A program made the position numbers and the translations under genes. A stretch of DNA of 63,563 nucleotides, filler included, from Platydemus manokwari (Eukaryota): NCBI GenBank assembly GCA_037951405.1. It is 6 parts of 6 records of this genome, joined end to end, with 100 filler letters (N's around TTAATTAATTAA, not from the genome) between each part and the next. Parts side by side here need not be neighbours in the genome. Positions count along the whole stretch, not along the records: positions 1 to 8,758 come from JBBMOY011354982.1; positions 8,859 to 17,942 come from JBBMOY011302095.1; 4 more parts are not named here. One strand, given 5' to 3'. The notes under the pieces were generated by a model. That model did no database searches and was not told the DNA's origin. It saw only the letters and a program-made list of their open reading frames with translations. Position 1 is the first letter of the stretch. Each line of letters opens with the position of its first letter. Positions 1 through 10,756 of this stretch are shown piece by piece.

Positions 1-760
1 ATACAAATATTATTATTTATAATTTAGACAATTACAATAAGGAATAAGATAAAGAATAGAAAGAAAATTTAATATTTAATTTAAAAGGTTAATTATTGTA
101 TAATAAAAATTTTTAAGGTTAGATAATTTGATGAAATTTTGAAGTTCAAGAACTCTTAAAACAATAAACATTTAGTCTGAAGTAAAATAATGGTTTCAAA
201 TTTACAGGAGTGATTGAAAACCCTAGGTGCAAAGTACCGAATCTCAGCATCTATATAAGCTGAGGGGCTTCTATCCCAACTCACTTTCAACATTTGGTAG
301 TATAGATAACTTGATAATCAGAGCTTAGTAGCAACATTTTTTTTAATATTCAGAACTTTGTAGCGATATTTGAGATATTCAGAACTTTGTGATATTTCTT
401 GACCAATAATAGATTTTGGTAAAAAAAATCTTATATAATAATCCTATAATCAATACTCTTTATTAAACCCAACCTATTTAAGGATTCACCTTTGGGGTTT
501 ATATAATAAAATACATATTAACTTTGTAAGGATGATAGACAAGTTTCCACGATCTCAATGAGATAACTGTACCGATTTGTTTATTAAAAAATCGTTTGAG
601 CTAAATTGTCTGAGTTAACTTACATCTATAATTTTGTGTTAATCATATTTAAATAAAGTTTTTGTTTGTGCGTGTTATTGATTTTATATTTAAAATACCA
701 TAAAGAACTCACGCTGTTGAGTTGCCCAAACAACTAAACACCATACATAACCCAACGATT
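1..760 (+). repeat. Dispersed structured repeat, copy A
   Basis: Collinear with ~7790-8470 and ~51960-52690. Conserved stem blocks at 210-276, 481-500, 545-563 and 706-723. Confidence 0.8.
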
Positions 761-939
761 GAAATAATGATAATACAAATGATATCAAGATTGTTTTATT
801 CAGGACATCTACAATGCACAAATTAGTTCTAAAATACAATTGACCACGCAATAAACGATTTTTTTTTCTCTCTTTAAGAAAAATTAAATCAAAATTAATT
901 CCCCAATAATTCAAAATTGCAATTTACATAAACAAGCAC

Positions 940-1460
940 TGCAAGCCGATACTATTTTATAAAGCACACATTGAAAACGAACCGTCACGAAAACTCACGA
1001 TACCAGATTACATCTTTATTAAAATTATTCAAATAATTTTAAAAACTTACAAATTTAAATTTTCTCCAAATTATTAATGATCTCTGTATCTAATTCTCTA
1101 GATATTTGTCTATCTAAAGATTTTGATTTCTTCTCTACTTAATATCTTCTCCATACCTTTTTATATCTTCTCTATATCGTTATATATCTTCATATCTTCA
1201 TTGTATATTTGTGTCTTCTATATATCTTCACTTTTTCTGCTCTACATCTTCTACACCACTTTACATCTTTTCTATTTTTACTCCTTCCTATCTTCTATAA
1301 TTCCACGTCATAGACATTCTCAGAATCGAATACAAATGCGTGGTCGTCATGTAAATCGCTTCTATGATGATGATGCAAATGATATCTTAAGTACAATTAT
1401 TCAAATAAATAAATATTTTTTTATATATTTTTTCAAATTTCAATTTATTACCAAACTTGA
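940..1460 (-). mobile_element. TRIM-like element, diverged copy
   Basis: LTR-like end TGCAAGCCGATACTATTT at 940, CT-rich interior, and minus-strand PBS TGACGACCACGCATTTGTATTCGA abutting a second LTR end at 1350. Confidence 0.6.
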
Positions 1461-1900
1461 CACGTACATTAAGAACAATGGTCAACGATGGAGTGCTCTG
1501 ATATCGAACCTCCTTTGTGTTGTTATATATATATATATTAAAACTGTGATGTTCTGCTAAAACAATTGATTTTATATTTTTTTAATTATTTGTTTTTTAA
1601 TGTTTTTATTTTAAAAGAAATATGATTTCAGAAGACCACAAAACTAGCTGTGGGTCGTGATTTAATTAAAACAATAAATAAATTACTCATGGTCATCCAT
1701 TGGAAGAATTGCAAAAATAATAAAACTCTTCTTGAGATAATTTGCAGATTAATAGAATTAATTGTGCATACAATTTAGGAATAATTCTCCCACGGGTATC
1801 GCAAATTGGATAAAATAAAATTGGACTTTCAAAATTGTGTCGATAAATGTTGAGCTTTTTAATATTGTCAATTTATAACATGATTGATCACATACAGTTA

Positions 1901-2065
1901 TTATTCGTCAATATCAACTTTCCAATTTGATTTTGATTGAGGCTTTTTGTGAAGCCATTGTAGGCTTTGATAGACCGATTGGGTTTGGCTTGGAATCCTA
2001 TCTTCTGGTAATCTTAGGACAAAGATTGATAAGATTGTTGTGAAGATTGAGGCGATTATCCAGCA
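1901..2065 (-). CDS. Possible orphan terminal exon (hydrophobic segment plus polar tail)
   Basis: TTACAG acceptor followed by 54 open codons, CWIIASIFTTILSIFVLRLPEDR...VDIDE*. No compatible upstream exon was found. Confidence 0.25.
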   Translation of the reverse strand, partial: CWIIASIFTTILSIFVLRLPEDRIPSQTQSVYQSLQWLHKKPQSKSNWKVDIDE

Positions 2066-2930
2066 CTGTAACACAATATTAATTTTTAGTTAATTCAGAT
2101 ATGTGAAATCAACCGCATTTAATATTTTTATTTAAGCATCGAAACTAATTTATCATTTTTGGTAATCAAATAATTATAAATTGTAAAAATTAACGCTATG
2201 TATATAGGAACTTTTAATTTTTAATTGTTTAACCGACTCTAGAAAATCTTTTAATGGATCTGAAGAATGAAATATTGCAAAGATAATAAATTTGAAAAAA
2301 ACTAGTTAATTATTATTATTTGAAAGAAGACACAGATAATCATCACAATCAGTTTGAAAATTGTTTATTATATTTGTAAATTATTTCATTGTCCTTAAGT
2401 TAAATTATTTTTATTTACCTATTTTTCAGAAATTAGACAGTAAAATTAGTCTAGTTTCTTCATCTTTATTTTGGGGTGGTTTATAGTAAATTTTATTACG
2501 ATAATTATATTACAATTCAGTCAGCTTGATATTTTCTAAAGGCCATTGACTTATTGCATTTTTATATCACGAGACAAATGAATCAATCAATATATCCTAA
2601 TATTTTTAATTTTTGATTTTCAGACAGTTTTTCTTTAATAATTGTATTATCACAAATTATTCACGAAATTGACAGAAGTTTTTAAATTTACTTGATATTT
2701 TAAATTAATAATTAATAGACATTTAAAACTGTTCATAATTCTTATTTTTAAAGTATATACATATATAAAATTTTAATCATTTTATTTCTTAATAATTTCT
2801 TATTAAAAAATGAAAATATGATTAATAAATTTAGTAATGTTTTAATATAGTAAATATATTTGCTTTGACCTTAAGTAACATTAATAGTTTTGATATTTTA
2901 CACGTCGAAATTTCGAATTGTTATATCTAA

Positions 2931-3863
2931 ATGAATATATTTAGATTATGCGGTGATTTATCCCATCTAGGGGCAATAATTATATTACTTATAAAAATAT
3001 GGAAAACTCGTTCTTGCGCTGGTTTGTGATTCATTAAATCAAAGCAAAATCTATTAATTGAATTACTTCAGGGGTTTCGGGCAAAACGCAAATTCTTTTT
3101 CTTATGGTTTTTACTACCCGTTATTTAGATTTATTCACAAATTTTGTGTCGATATACAATACAGTGATGAAAATAACATATTTAGTGCTGATTTATGTGA
3201 CGGTGTATCTTATTTACAAGAAATTCAGACCATCGTTTAATGCTGAAGATGACACGTTTAGAGTGGAATTCGTTATAATTCCTACTTTAGCTCTGGCAAT
3301 TCTAGAAAATCACAAAGCAGAAATAATGGAAGTATGTTGACATTGTTTTGATACAGTTTTCTTGAACCATTTGATTGACTTTTGAATTTTAGATTCTCTG
3401 GACATTTTCAATTTATCTCGAATCTCTGGCCATTTTGCCACAGTTATTCATGATCACGAAAACAGGATCAGCGGAGTCGATTACTTATCATTATTTATTC
3501 GCGTTGGGTATTTATCGAGCTCTATACATTGTTAATTGGCTCTATCGATACTACACTGAAGGATTTTATGATCTAATCGCTATCGTCGCCGGTTGCGTTC
3601 AAACAGTTTTCTATTTAGATTTCTTCTATCTCTACGCGACCAGAGGTAAGAATCGTATGATGATTCATCATCTCGAACAAATCAAATCTTTCATTATACT
3701 AATTACTATTGTTGTAACAGTTTTTCATTAGCAATGATGTTATTATATTGTTATTTGATAATCAAAGCACAATCGAATAATTATAATATTGATTAATATT
3801 GCACTATTTTATTGATTTCTTATTTCAGTTCTCAAAGGCAAAGAAGTGCTTCTGCCAGTCTGA
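2931..3863 (+). CDS. KDELR: ER lumen protein-retaining (KDEL) receptor, ERD2 family, 212 aa, 4 exons
   Basis: Exons 2931-3021, 3072-3331, 3393-3645 and 3829-3863, all GT-AG, total 639 nt. Protein reads [17 protein letters not shown]...SCAGVSGKTQ...[16 protein letters not shown]...[13 protein letters not shown]...[11 protein letters not shown], matching ERD2 motifs. AATAAA at 4103-4108. Confidence 0.97.
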
Positions 3864-6800
3864 TTGCCAGAGAGGTGCACAAAAAATATTCTCGCGCTTA
3901 TGCATGTTTACCAATCAAAATTAAGCATGCCGCGATCATTTTTATCGTGTATAGTTTGGGATCGGTTTTAAATGATGACTTTGTTTTACTGTGAGTGATT
4001 TCGAGCGGTGTGCAATCATAACCAGATATTATGTGTGGTGTGTGTGCCTATATCGCTTGGTTACTCGATTCTGTGAATTGTAAATTTTCAACGTGTCGGT
4101 TAAATAAAACATTTGTCGTATTTTCTCGGTGAATTTTGTGTTTCTTTATATGATATCAGAAATGTTTTCGTACATGCATACATAATTTGCAATTGATTTA
4201 TCATTTAATATCAAGTTCAGTAAATTATTAGATTGATTGTTTTGTTTTAATTAATGCCTATATGGCTTATAAACATTATGTGGATACCACGTAGAAATAA
4301 TAATGTAATCATATATTGGTAATCATATTATGTAATAATCAAGGAATAATTATAAATGTTAAAAATACATAATTAATTCAAGATTATAACAAACATTGAA
4401 TAATTCAGATTTCCAATATTGCACAAGAGCAACTTGTTGGAATGAGATTTGAGAGTCTCAAATATCACCTGCATTAAGTAGAGCAGTAACATATATTGTT
4501 TACAAAATACCATTAAGTCATATGTTACAAATATTGTCTATATGAACTCAATAAAGACTGCGACTAAAATATATTGAAATGAATTTCTACTTGGAATACA
4601 TTATCGAGTGCAAGTAGATTTAATGAGTTCTAATAATTACCAGCATAAAGAAATATTTATATTTACATTGATCTATTGTTTGAATAATTGATTTTTTATA
4701 TTGGCTTAAATATGAACCTATTTATTTGTAAATTTGTTTTATAAAATTAAATAACATTGTAAATAAATATGTTAACAATTCAATTTATGAAATTGTCTTT
4801 TAGAATTATTTTCACTCAATACATTGATGAATGAATAAAATGTGGTTTTAATTCGCTACCAGCAGACATAGATCATTACAAAGTATTTTCCAATATTAGA
4901 AAACATTGAAGTGATATTTTGGTATTGATTTTTGGTTTTTTAAAGAAGTTTTGAAAATTATTTTTTTTAAAAATATTTACATTGTAAATACGTTTGTAAT
5001 TGTTAAATAAATATTTGAACATATTTATATCAAATAATGATTCCCAAGATTTTCATAAGTTACTTCGATAAAACTTGAAGAGAAATCTACAATGAAATAA
5101 GTTTAACTTAATAATGATGTTAATATTTTCATTTATTCAAATCTATCTGTGGTGTTCTCGCCTAAACGTGAAAATAATTAAGAAAATAAATGGATAAATA
5201 ACAGAAAAATTCAAGAATTTTGAATAACTTTTAAAAAAGTTCAGGCTTTTCTTAATTGAGATTTGTCCCAATGACTCAGCCATTTTAATTGGATTTTGTT
5301 TGAGACAAAACCAGTCCGCAGATACACGGAGAAATTAAACGAAGACAAAAAATGTTTGTCTCTTTCGAATGAGAGGCTTTGTTTCGAGTAAATTAAGACA
5401 AAGCTTCAATGGGGAGAAACTAAATGGCTTTACCAGTGCCATACAAACCCGGGCGAGTCAACTATTGTTATGCTATATAAACAAACTGCTCTGAGTCATA
5501 AATGCACAAATTTGGATCAACAAAAGGAATGTAAACTACATTCACTAAGTACACCACCTGGAACAAATAAGCAAGCATTTTGTACAAACTGACAAACAAT
5601 AAGTGAATCCTGTTTACCAGATAATTGTTAACAAATATTTGAGGAATAATTGTAGCTATAATATAATAATAACTATAAATTAGAACCACGAATCACAGAC
5701 ATTGATCAATACACACACAGAATCATCATCACGAGGATAAACGTGCGTCAGAATTTTCAGACAATCAGCCATCCATGTTATATATTGTGCGATTTGGCAC
5801 AAATATTAGAAATAAATCAAACTAAGTCAATCTGATCAAGCATCCATTCCTATTTTGTATATGATCATGAACTAAATAAATAATATATTATTTCGATCAA
5901 TTTAACAGGATAATCACTGATAATAATAAATAGATATTGTTAAAATCACGCACACATCTCCAGTCTTATCATTTAAAAGGTAGCTGATGCTCCACTGTCA
6001 AGCGATACCAGTGGTAGTTTATACTGGGGTCTTGTTGTAACAAATTAATTTAATTAAAATTAAAATTAATTTTTATTGATTTTTTCGTTCGTTTTTATTG
6101 ATTTTGATAGCTATTATTAATAAAAATGTGTTGAAATTCGGGACAGTAAATAGTCATAATATATGTTAACCAATAATCATTACTACTGATAAATTGTTAA
6201 TTAATCTTATAAGGAACTCTTCCTTATTTCTGATATATATAAGTCAGATATACAGATTAAATATTGAGAATTTGTGGCTATCATAACATTTTTACAAATC
6301 GTGCATTTGTACTAAGAACTACATAGTTTCGATCTGGGTAGTAATAATAATCTTGTATGGAACACCGGTGGTTATTTTTTGTTTATCCAGGTATTTATTT
6401 ATTCGTATAACCCACATTGGAGTCTTGATTCAGTATAATTAAACCATAATATTGAAATTATAAGAAAATAAAAACGAGTCGTCGCTTAGTTAAGGTTTGA
6501 TAAAATATATAACATTCATTAAAATTATTGACAGAATAAAACTGATTGGGATGATGAGTCGTAAGAGAAATAAAATGTTATTCTGAGTTTTGCAAAAAAT
6601 TGCAGTCAATCTGTTTAGTTAATAAAATAATTGATTCTTTCGAATGTTTTGTTTGTCGAATATAACATTCGTTTTTAATCATTAACAAATTTCGGCTTTA
6701 GAATGTAATGTTCACGTAAGTGTTCTGAATTTTTAGGGCACGTTTTACTATTTGCTCTTCTGTTTATATGCTTGGATTTCTTTATTTACTTGATTTCCTA

Positions 6801-7789
6801 TTTTATTTATTCTTTATTACCATTTTTATGTTCAATTATTTATGATTACTATTTTTAGATCTTTTTATTTTATAGATTTATAGATTCTATTTAATCTATT
6901 TTTAGATTTTTTCTATTTTAAATTTAATTAATCATCTTTTTTTCAAAATTTTGAAATTTTTTATATATTATTATTACTTGGGATGTAAACAACAATATGG
7001 AGATGAGAATGCAATAATAACTATTTCGTAAAGAAAAGGTGATGAGTGAGTAATGTGTAATACTCTACATAAAGAATAAAACAAGCAAATATCCCTTCAT
7101 TTATTAAAAACAAATATTAGTTTCTTGGCTAAAATTTTTACAGAACAGATTTGCTCTCTTAGGATAAATCAGAAAATTAGGATATGTATCGAGACTTCAC
7201 TCACTATCTGACGAATGAAGATGACTGAGAGCATAACTTTAACTTTCCTTTCAAGGAAACGAATTACGAAGGATTTGTTATTTTCAGAAACCAGAGCCGA
7301 AGACACAAATGTCAATACTTTAACACGTGTATCATGGTGATATTTTTTTGGAAAGCATTGGCCGGCTAGTGCTCTACTCAGATAGTAAAGAGAGCGAGGA
7401 AGAAAAAGCTCCCATTACCATCAGTTGATATGGTGAATGTAAGAGCAGGGTAGTCGGGGAAAAATACGAACAACACCAATCAACACCATCCCAATAACAC
7501 AAATCAGATGAATTTAAAAAGCCAACTGCGCTTCACTGAAAACCGATAAAATCGACTGAACCGGCAAAACCAAACCCAAAATGGGAAACATGGGGTATGA
7601 GAAACTGCAGTGATCGTATGATAGTCAACAAGAATTCCACGGGTACTGCTTCGTCAGGAATATTCATTTATTCAACAATCCAAAATCTACTTTTTGACAA
7701 TTAATTGTGATCTGATGACTCTGGAATTGATGACAATTTTTATGATTCGATAATAATTTTATTTGAAATTAAATCTGTAAATTAATTAT

Positions 7790-8470
7790 TATCTATGTAA
7801 TAAAATATTTCAATAAAATACATATTATTATTTATAAATCAAATAATTATAATCAGAAAATAAGTAAAGAATAAAAAGGAATTTAATAAATAATTTTAAA
7901 GGTTGACAATTTATAGAAAAATTTATGATGCCGACCAAATTTAAATTTTTATAGGGTTAAGGTACTTTTAAAATAATAAATGACTAAATAATAAAAAATG
8001 TTTAAAATTTACAAGAGTGATGGAATATCCTAGGTACAAAGTACCGAATCTCAGCATCAATATAAGCTGATGGATTTCCATCACAATTCACCAAAAAAAA
8101 TTTCGAAATGAAAAATTCTAGATTGTAGCTTAGCATAAGACAAGGAAAATTTCAGAGGGCAATTGAAATATATTTGCAATAATTATTATAATAAATAATA
8201 ACCCAAATTTTTCTAAAGGATTTCACCTTCGGAATTAATATCATAAAATCTATATAAAATTTTATAGAACCTAATCATTAGTTCTCACGTTCCCGGTGAG
8301 ATCACTTGACGCATTTGTTTTTATAAAATTTTGGTTTGAGTTAATTTTGTTAATCGATTTGTACGATCATAAATTAAAGGGTAATTTAATTGTTTTTTGA
8401 TTTGTGTAATAATATAAAAGTCAAATTGAAGAACTCAAGCTGTTGAGTTGAACATAAATGACAACGAACA
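7790..8470 (+). repeat. Dispersed structured repeat, copy B
   Basis: Three-way junction 8017-8084, C(UUCG)G hairpin ~8219-8235, TCTCAC/GTGAGA hairpin 8283-8301, AACTCA/TGAGTT hairpin 8432-8449. Confidence 0.8.
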
Positions 8471-8684
8471 CGATATACACAGTCAAATATTTTCTATAAA
8501 TTCCTGGAATTTTTTTGAGTATTAAGAAAATTGCAGAGAATATTGAGGTCATTTGGTTATTCCTTATAAGTGGAGGTGACCTATGATATAGGAAAGTGAG
8601 ATGAGACAAACCTGTGGTAGATTTATGGTTTAATTAATTAATGATATATTGTAATGTATAGAAATTACAATTTGAGTAATCTTA

Positions 8685-8758
8685 TTAGGTTGTTGGGAAA
8701 ATAATGGCCGTTTGTAAACGTATACTTTAAAATACTATAACTCGCTTTAAAATGAACT
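8685..8758 (+). mobile_element. Tc1/mariner terminal inverted repeat end (truncated by gap)
   Basis: TA|TTAGGTTGTTGGGAAAATAATGGCCGTTT resembles the cecropia/Hsmar1-type TIR TTAGGTTGGTGCAAAA. It is a reverse-complement match to 51690-51766. Confidence 0.7.
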
Positions 8759-8858
8759 NNNNNNNNNNNNNNNNNNNNNNNNNNNNNNNNNNNNNNNNNN
8801 NNTTAATTAATTAANNNNNNNNNNNNNNNNNNNNNNNNNNNNNNNNNNNNNNNNNNNN
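8759..8858. other. Assembly spacer (artificial)
   Basis: N44-TTAATTAATTAA-N44. Confidence 0.98.
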
Positions 8859-9014
8859 CCTTATAATTTAATTATTAAATTTCTTATATAACACAATATG
8901 CAAATTAGTGTCCCGACTTATGAGTAAAGCTTTATTTTATCAAGACTAATAATATTAGTAGTCGGTTTTGGTGCTTTTACTGTCATTTTTTATATAAGTA
9001 GGTCCGCTATTTTG

Positions 9015-9201
9015 AGTTAACCGCTATTTTAAAAACCACACATTAAAAGCTAACTTAAAAGTCAAGACACCAAAAATCTATTCAAATACAAATATTGAAA
9101 CAAATAAATTTAATTTTATATAAATATGATTTTATATAAAATTAGAATTAAATTAAAATAAGGTTTGAATTAAAAATATAATTCATTTAAAATATCTCAC
9201 A
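9015..9201 (-). repeat. Solo LTR of the TRIM-like family
   Basis: Collinear with 20501-20678 (CCGCTATTTT..CACATTAAAA..AGTCAAGACA..ATATCTCACA). Confidence 0.7.
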
Positions 9202-10756
9202 GGTCCAAATTACAATAAGTATGAAGCACTTAACTATACAAGTTAAACATTGATTGTTAATTTCACGATAATAAGTTTGGAATATTTTTAAAATCTCAGA
9301 AAATATATAAATAACTAGGTGTGCATGACAACGAATTAATTACGGTTAAAGGATTAAGATACACAAAAACACATAAAATATAATGACATACTAATAGAGG
9401 CCTTAAAAAATATATAAATTAAAAATATTTTAGAAGTTCAATGATATTGTTGAATCCAGGAGAATTGAAAAATGCAATTTATATTTCACACAATCGTACT
9501 AATCAGTACTTACATAAACAACTCCAAAATTCATAAAAATATTCTACGAATCAAGTATTAAAATATCATAATACTGGGATTACAGTTAGTTATTCTTGCC
9601 AAAAAGAGACGCTTTACATTTTTCTGCACACATTATTGAATTGATTCGTTAAAATAAATTGTTCTAGAATATTTTATTCATTTTTATTTTTTGGATAAAG
9701 TAAATTGTTAATGATTTTCTTTTAGAATTTTTCTAATTACACTTATTTAGAATTTTTATATTATTTCTTTGAATTTTATCTTTTACATACTCAACAATAC
9801 TACAATAGGAGAAAGTGTTATAACTTAAATAACAATGAATTTGTAACATCTTAAAAAATTTACAAAATAAATAAACAACTTCTTAAAAATCAATAAAAAT
9901 TAATAGTTTCCTAAAAATCAATAACAGTCAAAAATAAACAAATTATTGATTGAGATGGTAAATCGAGAATATTTGAAATATTCCTCAAAATACAATCGAT
10001 ATATCTGAAGATAAGATATTTTCGTAAAAGAAAACACATTTTTCTTATAATCGATAATAAAACATAAAAATACTATATAAATAAAGATATTGTTTGAAAA
10101 CAAAATCGATAAACATTTTCAAACAATAGACACCAGAGATAATTATTAATAACAATTATGCGCTAATGTTGCGATTGTATAATAGCTATTATGATAAAAT
10201 ATTGGAACCATTTCTATGTTGTCTTTCTCATTGAGCTCACAAACAATATTTTAACATTAAGCTCTTGACAACACAAGCTTTTCCCACACAAAAATCTCAA
10301 TGTTATTAATATGATGCAATATCAATTGTTGAAAATTCCATTAATCAATACTCATAATCAATAGTCAGACTATTGTCAAAATCTTAATAGGTTCGTATTT
10401 CGTATGACGTCATGAGCATTTAATGAATAATCGATGATTGTCTAACTGTTAGCGATAAAACAAATTATCACAATACAATCCGACATGTTATAATAATAAT
10501 TTATGAACAATAATGCTGTCGTGAAAATGGCTTTTAAAAATGAAGCAAACAACGAGCTGAAATATATAACAAACAAAAAAAACCGCGATATTCATACGCA
10601 TTCACAACACACACACACACAAACACAATCAATCGCACTATTTGGTCTAGTAGTAGACAAGCATTACCTGCCACCGAATCAGCGTTTAAATCAATAAATC
10701 AACTAAAAATCAAAATCATTCTTAATCCATAAATATTCTATTGAAAAAACCATTCT

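Noticed and set aside
1123-1560. 145-aa hydrophobic ORF (also 20615-20927)
   Set aside because: An artefact of the CT-rich antisense interior of the TRIM-like element.
3655-3800. Box C-like ATGATGA in KDELR intron 3
   Set aside because: No downstream box D or terminal stem.
5200-5790. Hydrophobic minus-strand fragments with a GPCR TM7-like VDPNLCIY
   Set aside because: Too many stops and frameshifts and too little motif support.
8803-8814. TTAATTAATTAA palindrome inside each N run (five times)
   Set aside because: An artificial six-frame-stop assembly linker, not biology.
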